The position numbers and the translations under genes are program-made. This document shows positions 21,201 to 29,370 of a stretch of DNA of 64,000 nucleotides, one piece after another. The notes beneath the pieces were generated by a model. It ran no database searches, was not told the DNA's origin, and worked only from the letters and a program-made list of their open reading frames with translations. The stretch is taken from IMG/VR virus record IMGVR_UViG_3300007735_000798, positions 32,001 through 96,000 of that record; one strand, given 5' to 3'. Within the stretch, counting starts at the first letter, position 1. Each line of letters starts with the position of its first letter. The stretch comes from a virus.

Positions 21201-24200
21201 AATGGGCGGGCATCTTTTTTATATTCTCCAGTGTCAGGATTTACGCCAGTTAATAACCCTAATTTTTTACCCGTTTCTTCGTCTAATTTTTTTAAAATAG
21301 GCAATGCCTCTTCTCCCTTTTTACCCTGTAAAGCCATTCCAATGAATGTATCTCCAAGAAGTTTTATATTTTTTTCAACATCAGCGGTATCTGTTCCCCT
21401 AAATAAATAGTTATCTCGTCTACTAGCTAATTCACTAACCTTCTCGACATTAGCTCTATTTTCCTCTGCGCGTTGTTTTTCTCCTCTTATTTTTGCCATT
21501 TCTGCTTGTTGCGCAGTTTTTCCTTGTTTGCTTACAATTCTTGCCTGATCTTCTGGTGAAAAATCTGCAAGAGCAGCGGCATATTCATCTTGGGCCTGTT
21601 TTACTTTTTGTGGATTTGGAACGGCTTCACTTAAAGCATTTTTTAAATTTTCGCTAGCAGTTGTTAATCTAGCTGAAGCATCATTAAATTTTGTTAATTC
21701 TTGACTAGCTTTTTCATGTGCGGCAATCGCTTCTGGTAATGTATTATTAAGCTCACTAAAATAATCATTCGCAGCCATAACTCCTCCAGCTATAAGCCCA
21801 ATCGCGCCACCCGCAGCAGCCCCATAAGGACCAAAAGCCAGTCCTAATTGAGCACCAGTAGCTCCTAAACTTAGTGCTTGTCCCGCACCAGTAACAGCTG
21901 CCGCCGTTGCTCGTCCTTGCGGACTTGTCTGTGAAATAGTATTTTTAATAGTGGCCGCAAGAATTGGAGCACCAATTGCTATTGCACTTCCATATGCATC
22001 CGCAGCAGCACCAAATTTTTTTACACCTTTGGCTGAATCACCCAATGCTTGAAGATTTTGTCTATATTGATTTGTTGTTCCACTTAATACATAACTAAGT
22101 CCAACTAATTGAATACTTAACGCACCAAGTGCTGAACTAGTACTTGTAGGCTCTTCTGCATAATTTGGTACAAAACCGCGAGAATACATTCCAATACCTT
22201 TTCGCTCGCGCCCAATAGCATCTTTTAATCCATTTGGTTCATCGCGTGTATTTGTCACAGCAATTGGGTTTCCATTTTTATCAAAATGTGCACGAATTTG
22301 AGAAACTGGAACGCCACGATTAGTAGAAGCAAAATTTGGAATAAAACCTTTCGCCATTCCTCTACTTAAAAATGCTGGAATATCTTTTTCAAAAATTCTA
22401 CCAGGACCATTAGCTTGTTTAATTGGCCAAACAATTTGATCTTTACTTAAAGGTAGTCCATAAACAGAGGCACCACCAGTCTCCATATCTGGAAGTAGTT
22501 CTGAACTTTTTAGTTTATCCCTATTATATCTTACTAACCAAGAACTTTGTTTTCTAGCTGAAGCCCAATTTTTTGCACGACCAATATTTTGTTTATAAGC
22601 TTGCCTATCGCTCATTTTTTCCCCTGGTCGGGAAAGAGCATCCCACATGTAAGTTCCAGAGCCACCAAAATATTCCATAGCAGATTGGTCAGAAGATCTA
22701 TTTCGGAAGGCCCATCCTTTACCGAATTTAGATAACATCATTTTTAATTCTTTGTCATCTACGGCTCTTACGAGTGGTGCTGCAAAATTTGGAATAAAAC
22801 CGCGCGCATAAATTGGAAAATCTTCTTCTCTTTTTAGTTGGCCTTTATTTTCTACATATTTTCTAACCATTTGACTATCAAAAGCGATACCCTTGCCACC
22901 ATGAGTTCTAGATAATCTAAATAAAACTCTTTGAATATCAAATTCTTTTCCTGGAAATTTTTTTAATAATAATTGGTAGACTTTATCATCTACAATTCTT
23001 TTTTTAGGGAAGGTAATTTGTCCATAAGCTCCTTTATAACCTTCTTGTTCTTCATCTGGAGAGGCAAATGCTTGGGCAACTTTTTTATTTTTAGAAGTGC
23101 TCATCATTCGCCAATTAACATCAGTCTCAAAATCTTGAGAAACTTGATCAAAAATAGCATCTTTAATCCCAGTAGGTTCAAAATCATCACCAGGAGTACC
23201 TAACATAGTAAAATCTTTATGTCTATAATCGTCTTTTCTACCAGCTCTTAGATTAAAAATACTTTGTTTATTTAATTTTTTAAAATCTTTTCCAGGAACT
23301 GAAACGCCACGATATAATTTTTCTGTTTGTTCTGATCTGCCTAATTTTTTAATTATAGATAAATATTCTCTTAAAATTTGAGCATCAATTGCTTGGGATT
23401 TAAAATTAGGATTAGTATTAATATCTTTACGTCTTAGTGCTAAATCTTTACCAGTAGCTCTTGGTAAATCTTTAAAGTCAATACCACCCAAAAATTTTGG
23501 TGATGCAAAATTTGGAATAAAACCAAAAGCAGCTCCAGGCCTACGAAGAAACTCCATTTCTTTCATTTTTGTGGCTTGAGATTTAAAACCCATTTTTAAC
23601 GCACGTTCTCCACGAGAACTTCTAGCAAATTGAGTAACTTGATCAAAATCGTTTTTTGTCAAACCATTTTCTTCAAATTGTTTTTGAACATATTTCCAAT
23701 CTCCGATTTTTAATGCATCGACATTAAAAGATCTCCCAAGCCAACCTTCACCCAACGCTCTAGATAAAGCTTCAATTTTAGCACGACCCTTTAGTGGGAA
23801 TCCAGGTTGTTTTAGAAAAGCGTCTAAACCAGAAGTATTAACGCCCAATTTTGTTGCGGCTTTTATATAAGCATTATTCGATAAACCACTACCCTCCGAT
23901 AACTTAGTAGATATATTAGGATTAGTTATTCTACTATTTATAATTTCTATTAATTTTGAATTTGCAAAATTTGGAACAAAACCAGCAGCCATACCTTTTG
24001 ATCTACTAATTCTTGCCATTTCTTCTTTAATTGCTTTTTCTAGTTGTGGTCCTCTTCTTAGATTTTGTCCTTGAAGATTTTTTAAAGCTTCTGTTCTTAA
24101 TGCTTGTGATTGCTTATAACCAGCACCACTTTTTACTTGCTTTACTTCTCCAACTTTAGCTTCTTGTAGTAACTTGCTCATTACATCATTAACTAATTCT

Positions 24201-27181
24201 GGAGAATATTTAGCATCATACATTCCAGGAGCACCATGAAATAGATTTCTTAGTTTAGGGGTTATTCTATTTTGACGAAAATCAATTCCTGCATTTTGAG
24301 AAGTTTTTTGTAAATTTTGTTGAAGTAAAGTAAGTAAACCACCTTCAAAAGCAACGCCAACAGCCCCTTTTGCCGCACCAAAATTTGGAAGGTCTTGTGC
24401 TGATTTTAAGAAATTACCCCCGCCAATTGCTTGACCAAATTGATTTGCCTCACGAACTAATAGGTCACCTAAATTTTTATCTAAATCTGGAAGTTCGCCC
24501 TTAAGAACTTGCTTATTAATTCCAGCTACGGGAATTAAACCTTTATATTGTTGTCCTAAATAACTTGCTGTTGCTGGGGTCATCGAATATCCTTCAGAAA
24601 CCCCTGGATGAATTAGAGAAACAACTTTGCCTTTTAATGCTGGAGAAGTTGTTGTATCTCCAAGATCAATCAAATTTTTTCCTTGCGCAAAATTTGGAAT
24701 AAAACCAGAAGCACGATTTTTAAATTTTGATGCAATTATATTTGCAGCAGAAGCTCGCACTTTAGGATCGTTAAAATTTTTACCTTTTCCAGCAACATTT
24801 CCAAAAAGAGTTTTTCTATCAATATTTCTAACAGAATCAATTAGAATGTTTGATAAAAATAAAGAATCTCCTTTTTCGAGACCAGAATTTTTAAAAACTG
24901 AAGAATTAGCAACGCTAGGATTTTTCTTTAAAATTGCCCCAACACCAGCACGTAAATTTACTATTTTATCACGATTACCATCTCCTGGAACTAAAATTGA
25001 TCCACCACTTCCAGGTGGAATTACTTGATTTCCAAGAATTTGTGACCCCGAAAGTCTTAATATTTTAGATATATAACTAGCTTTATTACCTTCAGATTCG
25101 CTTAATTTTGCATCTCCATATAATGTTCTTCTATTAATACCAAGAAGATTTTTAACTTCTGGATTTACTCTTGCGCTAGATAATACGTTTGGTGCAAAAT
25201 CTATAATATCAGAATCTTCTAAATAAGCTTTTTTAAGACCTAATGATAAAGCAATAGCATTGTCAAAAACTTTACCAGCAGCAAAACTTTTTTGATATTG
25301 AGATATATTTTTTTCATTTGCAAAATTTGGAATATATCCTTTCGCCGCCATTTGTACACCATTTCCATACATTGGAATAACCATTGAATCACCATTACTA
25401 CCAACTCCAGGATATTCAATTTCTTGGTTATTCATTACAAATTTTTTACCACCGATTGTACCTTGCGACATGTGTGGCCGAACAGAAGGAGTTGCACCTA
25501 AAGCAATTGCCTGTGCTTTTTCAATTTGCTTATCCGAAGCAAAATTTGGAATATAACCAGCGGCTTTACCAGTTTTTTTCGTTGGCGCTATTGGTACTCC
25601 GCCAGTAACACGAACTCCAGCACCATAAAACGCTTTAGAAATTTGCGCTGCCACCGCAGCTTGTTTTTGTAATTCAACAGTTTGTTTTTGTAAATTTGCT
25701 AACAAACTATTAGCGGCAGCATTCAAACCCTGCTCACCTTTTAAAGCAAGTTCAAGAAGCTGTGGATTTTTAGATAAAATTTGATTGATACTTTGTTGTA
25801 AACTTTGTTGTTGTACTGCGGCCTGATTTAAACCAAGAAGTTGTTGGACACTTCCAGTTGCAAATTTCCCTAAATCACGAAAAAGTTTAAGTAATACTCC
25901 CCCAATAATTGCTAAACCAGGACCCGCAATAAATTGAGCCAAACCATCTATAATACCTTTACCAAGTGCAGATCCAACTCCAGTTCCTTCAGATTCGTTT
26001 ACCCCACCCAATATTTTATTAGCTCCACCGACAACACGTTCGAATGCTGGACCGAGTAAACGGTTTCCAGCCGTTGCCGCTAATTGTGTGGCATTTTGTT
26101 TTAATGTATTAATTTGTGCGGCATAAGTTTTATTTAGCGCGTCATTTCTTTTAACGGCTTCGTCTGTAGAACTAGCTGCAACATTTAAAGCGCTATTATA
26201 AATAGAATATTCTTTACCTAAATCAGCAAGAGCGGCTTTTAAAATGTTAATTTGAAAAACACCACCAACCTGTTCGGCTACATAAGCTTGTTGTTGCGCT
26301 CCAAGAGTATCATAAACCTTACCTAAATCTTGCAATAATTGAATTGTAGATTTTAATTGTCCAGAACTATCAGTAGTACTTATTCCTAAACTTCCTAAAA
26401 GATCTTGAACCTTACCACGTTCTAAACGTGTAAAAATTGTTTTAAATGAGTTACCAATTACAGCGCCACCGCGTGCAGTAGTTTGCTGTGCTGATGTGAC
26501 AATAGCAATAAGTTCATTAAGTGAAACCCCAGATTGTGCAGCACTACTACCAACACGACTAATAGCTTCTGCAAGATCCGCCGAACTAACTGCGAAAGCA
26601 GCATCAACATTAGCAAATTTATTTACAACTTCACTAGCGGTTACAGCTTGACTCGCAAAAGAATTGACTGCGGCAGTAAGGGCTTCAACACTTTTTGCCG
26701 CATCAAGACCACTTAAACGTGAAAGAATAAGAGCTTCATTAGTACGTTTTAATGTTTCTGCGACACCCAAACCTTGACGAGAAAATTCTGTAGCTGCTTT
26801 GGCTACTTCTTGAAACCCCTGTCCAGTATTTTTAGCAATATTAAACAATTCACCACCAAATTTTTGTAATTGTGAGGCTGAAACATTTAATATAACATTA
26901 ATATCTTGTAAAGATTTTTGTACTTCAATAGTAGATGAAACTAATGCGCTGAAAGCTTTTTCTAAACCATATATAATTCCAGCACTTGCTCCGAATGCGA
27001 TAACACGGGCATTAGATGCATCTAATGATTTTGTAAATTCATTAACTTGCCCAGTAATACGCCCCAAAGGCTGATCGCCTTTAGTTTTTAAGTTAATAGA
27101 ATAAACTTTATTGACAGTTCTTTGAATATCTCTGTCTAATTGCCTAGTATTTCCACCAATATCTAATGTAATAGCAGCCAT
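18287..27181 (-). CDS. Tape measure protein carrying multiple inserted domains separated by G[FY][IV]PN[FY]A motifs
   Basis: N-terminal TP901-type TMP core (EVAKAATEFSRQG..GAVIGNSFKTIFTRL), Ala/Gly-rich hydrophobic helices, coiled coils, position after tail tube and chaperones, 2964 aa. Confidence 0.9.
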   Translation of the reverse strand: MAAITLDIGGNTRQLDRDIQRTVNKVYSINLKTKGDQPLGRITGQVNEFTKSLDASNARVIAFGASAGIIYGLEKAFSALVSSTIEVQKSLQDINVILNVSASQLQKFGGELFNIAKNTGQGFQEVAKAATEFSRQGLGVAETLKRTNEALILSRLSGLDAAKSVEALTAAVNSFASQAVTASEVVNKFANVDAAFAVSSADLAEAISRVGSSAAQSGVSLNELIAIVTSAQQTTARGGAVIGNSFKTIFTRLERGKVQDLLGSLGISTTDSSGQLKSTIQLLQDLGKVYDTLGAQQQAYVAEQVGGVFQINILKAALADLGKEYSIYNSALNVAASSTDEAVKRNDALNKTYAAQINTLKQNATQLAATAGNRLLGPAFERVVGGANKILGGVNESEGTGVGSALGKGIIDGLAQFIAGPGLAIIGGVLLKLFRDLGKFATGSVQQLLGLNQAAVQQQSLQQSINQILSKNPQLLELALKGEQGLNAAANSLLANLQKQTVELQKQAAVAAQISKAFYGAGVRVTGGVPIAPTKKTGKAAGYIPNFASDKQIEKAQAIALGATPSVRPHMSQGTIGGKKFVMNNQEIEYPGVGSNGDSMVIPMYGNGVQMAAKGYIPNFANEKNISQYQKSFAAGKVFDNAIALSLGLKKAYLEDSDIIDFAPNVLSSARVNPEVKNLLGINRRTLYGDAKLSESEGNKASYISKILRLSGSQILGNQVIPPGSGGSILVPGDGNRDKIVNLRAGVGAILKKNPSVANSSVFKNSGLEKGDSLFLSNILIDSVRNIDRKTLFGNVAGKGKNFNDPKVRASAANIIASKFKNRASGFIPNFAQGKNLIDLGDTTTSPALKGKVVSLIHPGVSEGYSMTPATASYLGQQYKGLIPVAGINKQVLKGELPDLDKNLGDLLVREANQFGQAIGGGNFLKSAQDLPNFGAAKGAVGVAFEGGLLTLLQQNLQKTSQNAGIDFRQNRITPKLRNLFHGAPGMYDAKYSPELVNDVMSKLLQEAKVGEVKQVKSGAGYKQSQALRTEALKNLQGQNLRRGPQLEKAIKEEMARISRSKGMAAGFVPNFANSKLIEIINSRITNPNISTKLSEGSGLSNNAYIKAATKLGVNTSGLDAFLKQPGFPLKGRAKIEALSRALGEGWLGRSFNVDALKIGDWKYVQKQFEENGLTKNDFDQVTQFARSSRGERALKMGFKSQATKMKEMEFLRRPGAAFGFIPNFASPKFLGGIDFKDLPRATGKDLALRRKDINTNPNFKSQAIDAQILREYLSIIKKLGRSEQTEKLYRGVSVPGKDFKKLNKQSIFNLRAGRKDDYRHKDFTMLGTPGDDFEPTGIKDAIFDQVSQDFETDVNWRMMSTSKNKKVAQAFASPDEEQEGYKGAYGQITFPKKRIVDDKVYQLLLKKFPGKEFDIQRVLFRLSRTHGGKGIAFDSQMVRKYVENKGQLKREEDFPIYARGFIPNFAAPLVRAVDDKELKMMLSKFGKGWAFRNRSSDQSAMEYFGGSGTYMWDALSRPGEKMSDRQAYKQNIGRAKNWASARKQSSWLVRYNRDKLKSSELLPDMETGGASVYGLPLSKDQIVWPIKQANGPGRIFEKDIPAFLSRGMAKGFIPNFASTNRGVPVSQIRAHFDKNGNPIAVTNTRDEPNGLKDAIGRERKGIGMYSRGFVPNYAEEPTSTSSALGALSIQLVGLSYVLSGTTNQYRQNLQALGDSAKGVKKFGAAADAYGSAIAIGAPILAATIKNTISQTSPQGRATAAAVTGAGQALSLGATGAQLGLAFGPYGAAAGGAIGLIAGGVMAANDYFSELNNTLPEAIAAHEKASQELTKFNDASARLTTASENLKNALSEAVPNPQKVKQAQDEYAAALADFSPEDQARIVSKQGKTAQQAEMAKIRGEKQRAEENRANVEKVSELASRRDNYLFRGTDTADVEKNIKLLGDTFIGMALQGKKGEEALPILKKLDEETGKKLGLLTGVNPDTGEYKKDARPLEEKVKDLQTILEDSLGGVVGSAEFIESTINAAKRTNQDYLDTLIVLQRAASDANYATRQNVTSSNQYAQALRDTENAQLSAAKANEAMIKSLQKNIDLAKKSIVIEQKKRSFAREFSYTEQFTNPAQLISQLTGQESRMTKDFELKSEFAKLNIDFEQSVDDIMVEMATAINDAVLPTKEQLDSDKNLRTRLNISENGKSPVIDAFIEKINSEIIDKKNLQPEYLSEIFTPLLNNLGFFGKPLEDKLSELIGITSKGNDKAEEAAKLLQEKQVKLAQETTQKRLVDAIKQAQNFGGGIEEFINPPKYGESAFDKVAKSANTVAALNTKGVFRTNQFGEYRYQGSEAERARKELLPKYGRNALQYVQSLQELTGYTPDANSQIYKEIVAGLSQNLTNKIQLLTKQVQGNQNLPDQFKTELLTALKQTQALGGEELIAKIQVAQALGVTNESLLQEIRDKIKTTSDTKEKQALEKMLTSYKDDIILSSDPTVQAINITNNILKQILERTGEPGNPTPYIPIAKYKSVESTSNAKGFLPGYNKESRDIGRGVGGAKPGDRPQFIPNLNGSPAFINSGEKLVDNFGGSGQTAVLTRNMQKAIGMAKGFIPNFAEENKNAKFGRTIGLEDTLDSLIPFFEDIWNRFQVNSTTKLASVANSAKNIFKSGAIGIGAEASTQYALDNLFHGGKKSENPYIDQLEKIFSTAVGGAASGLAIGKNPLAAVYGAITSLGIGAGKDLLTTGAMIPDLISSTNGTVFAEAQTLKLKEKLLKSGKLPPGTTPDNLAGGFIPNFAYKNSVMDLEERLSGNKAIYGTKPFPHIRNSSQPTFASAIADHGGLDKALNDSMIGQKSAGLMSRGYIPNFAVSEQSFTQIESSLDTNTSALTSLLSAIQNLNTSLSSLQNTTDASNMQNNQGINSPSIANTTNAPINLVVNAESGGDVASAVAAEIQKQIPRITREIQSAMGIKVPPSKP
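18618..25558 (-). repeat. 11 dispersed copies of the motif encoding G[FY][IV]PN[FY]A
   Basis: Copies start (plus-strand coordinates) at 18618, 18831, 19374, 22158, 22329, 22782, 23505, 23964, 24687, 25320 and 25539. Four are the identical 20-mer GCAAAATTTGGAATAAAACC. Confidence 0.95.
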
Positions 27182-27219
27182 TGTGTATCCTTAATCCTTT
27201 GTATAATTAATTACACATT

Positions 27220-28239
27220 TTAATTATTTTCGCGCGCTTTAAAATAATCAGATTTTTCAAGTGTTCCACCCTGTTCTGCGGCTAATTCTAATAAACTTTT
27301 ACCCTTTAATTTTTCTATTTTTACACCTAATTGATTTAAATCTTCTTTTGTAGCCCCCACAAAACTATGAACAGAATTATCTCCATTTCCAGATTTTCTA
27401 TTTTTAGATTTTATACCAGGTATATTTGATTGATTATCAACCCATTGAACAAATTTATCTGGATCATTTACTATTTCATCTAAAATTGGTTTACCATTTT
27501 CTGCATGATTTTTTATTATATTTCTATACATTTTACCATACAAAATAAGATCAATTTGATATTTTGTACAATTAACCGTTGATTTTCCCCAAAAACTGTA
27601 AGCATCTTCGCTTAAATATACAAGATTTTGAAAGAAACCACTTGCAGCAATTCTTTTAATATTATCAGTATTAAATATATTTGAATATGTTTCAAAAGCA
27701 TTTTTAATTTTATCTAGATCCTCTTCTTTTAAATCATAATATTCTTCCCTATTATTGAATAGTTTTTCTGAAAATTCTATATTTTTATAACTAAAAAAAA
27801 ATAATAAATCTTCCGTTAATTTACTATTTGCGTAATCTTCCAAAGTATAACCAACAATTTCTCTACGTTCTTTTGTATAAGTAATTAAAATAGCTTGATT
27901 TTGTTTTATTTGTTTATCAATTTGCTCTTTCTGGGATGATAAAAATAATTTATCTCTAGTTTTATATAAATTTTGTATAGTTTTTTTTAAAAGAGAAATT
28001 GTAGATTCTTTTTCTGATGCCCACCAGCCACCTTTAATAGCAATCTCTATTTTTTCTTTTTCTGATTGGAGGCCCTTTTTTTGTCCATCACTAATAAAAA
28101 TATCATAATTAGTATATACTGAAAAATGTTCAGCGATACTTGGATGTTTAAAATAAATATATGATTTATTTATTTTTTCTTCAGAAAAGCCTCTGCATAT
28201 TTGGCTGTAAATTCTACCATATTCTGCATTTTTATCCAC
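27220..28239 (-). CDS. Probable tail assembly chaperone
   Basis: Helical 339-aa ORF immediately upstream of the tape measure. Confidence 0.5.
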   Translation of the reverse strand: MDKNAEYGRIYSQICRGFSEEKINKSYIYFKHPSIAEHFSVYTNYDIFISDGQKKGLQSEKEKIEIAIKGGWWASEKESTISLLKKTIQNLYKTRDKLFLSSQKEQIDKQIKQNQAILITYTKERREIVGYTLEDYANSKLTEDLLFFFSYKNIEFSEKLFNNREEYYDLKEEDLDKIKNAFETYSNIFNTDNIKRIAASGFFQNLVYLSEDAYSFWGKSTVNCTKYQIDLILYGKMYRNIIKNHAENGKPILDEIVNDPDKFVQWVDNQSNIPGIKSKNRKSGNGDNSVHSFVGATKEDLNQLGVKIEKLKGKSLLELAAEQGGTLEKSDYFKARENN

Positions 28240-28240
28240 A

Positions 28241-29041
28241 TTAACTTGGTTTTATTTCTTCTACGAGAACACTATTTTCTTTAACATTTTCTTCAATTTT
28301 ATTTTCGATGGGATTTTCTTCAATATTGCTTACAGTATTCTCTTTCAAGAAGTTTTTATCAAAAGCTGCAAAATCTTCATTTGTATCTACACGACCTAGA
28401 AACCAAAGCGTGACTAAATAAGTTATTCTACGAATAACACCTAATAAAAATTCATACTTATTTTCTTCTTCTTCTTCAAAACTATCATATTGCAAAAGTT
28501 TTTCTTCAAATGTATCACCTTTAAAAATAGATTTATAATTATCTCCATCTTTTTCGTATGAAAGATTCATGACCCACCAAAGAATTGCACGATTACGAGC
28601 TTTTGCTTCCGCAGTATTTTCAAAAATACTTATTTGAGAAGCTTCAAAATTTTGAATAGCTTTACGAATATCATCAAGATTATTAATTAATTCATCAGAA
28701 CGAATTTTTTCTGCATCCGTCCTTTCAGACTCTCCTTTGATTAGAATTGATTGTAATTCAAAAGAAAGATCACGAAATTTTAAAAGAAGATTTCCATATT
28801 CTTCGCGTTCTTGATCACTAATACTACCGCCCCCATTGGAAAGAATAGTACCCCAAGCAGCTTTTGGTAACACCCCTGCCTTTGCAAAACGCGATGTTTC
28901 GGTGGCATAAAAAAGTTCTCCATCTTCACGTAAACGACGATTTGGTTTGAGTAACCCAAATTTTTTAACGATAGTTTCTTGACTACCATCTTCTTTTTTT
29001 ACAACATTGTTTGCCTCAAATTCGTATAGCCATTTATTCAT
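28241..29041 (-). CDS. Probable tail assembly chaperone
   Basis: Acidic helical ORF between the tail tube and the tape measure. Confidence 0.5.
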   Translation of the reverse strand: MNKWLYEFEANNVVKKEDGSQETIVKKFGLLKPNRRLREDGELFYATETSRFAKAGVLPKAAWGTILSNGGGSISDQEREEYGNLLLKFRDLSFELQSILIKGESERTDAEKIRSDELINNLDDIRKAIQNFEASQISIFENTAEAKARNRAILWWVMNLSYEKDGDNYKSIFKGDTFEEKLLQYDSFEEEEENKYEFLLGVIRRITYLVTLWFLGRVDTNEDFAAFDKNFLKENTVSNIEENPIENKIEENVKENSVLVEEIKPS

Positions 29042-29050
29042 ATATTTATA

Positions 29051-29275
29051 TTATTTTCCTTTTAAAGTAAAATCAAAATTATTTAATTGTTCTTCTATAT
29101 TTCTATGACAATTATTACCATGATCAAGAACACGTTTTCTTAATCGCTGAAATTCTTCTTCATTAATTTTATTATCACTTTTTAAATCTTCTATACAATA
29201 TAAAAAACTTAAATATAACTTTTTAATTTCTTTATAAATAAGACTTTTAACAAAATTATCAATATTGATATCCAT
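29051..29275 (-). CDS. Hypothetical protein
   Basis: 74-aa ORF with an upstream GTGTAA motif and AAGG-rich leader. Confidence 0.65.
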   Translation of the reverse strand: MDINIDNFVKSLIYKEIKKLYLSFLYCIEDLKSDNKINEEEFQRLRKRVLDHGNNCHRNIEEQLNNFDFTLKGK

Positions 29276-29322
29276 ATATAGAACCTTGAGTAACCTTTTA
29301 CCTAATAAGGTTTACACCAAAT

Positions 29323-29352
29323 AAAAAAAATGGGCACCAAAAGGTGCCCATT
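29323..29352 (-). terminator. Rho-independent terminator after the tail tube gene
   Basis: TGGGCACC-TTTT-GGTGCCCA hairpin followed by T8 on the minus strand. Confidence 0.85.
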
Positions 29353-29370
29353 AATTTTAATATAATTATA

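Noticed and set aside
18825-26716. Plus-strand ORFs inside the tape measure gene
   Set aside because: Antisense shadows with no independent signals; AKFGIKP is the reverse reading of GFIPNFA.
18287-27181. Inteins as the explanation for the tape-measure inserts
   Set aside because: No Cys/Ser-start and His-Asn-end splicing motifs at segment borders, and no LAGLIDADG blocks.
27220-29041. Programmed frameshift between the tail chaperone genes
   Set aside because: The second ORF has its own ATG adjacent to the first stop, and no convincing slippery site was identified by eye.
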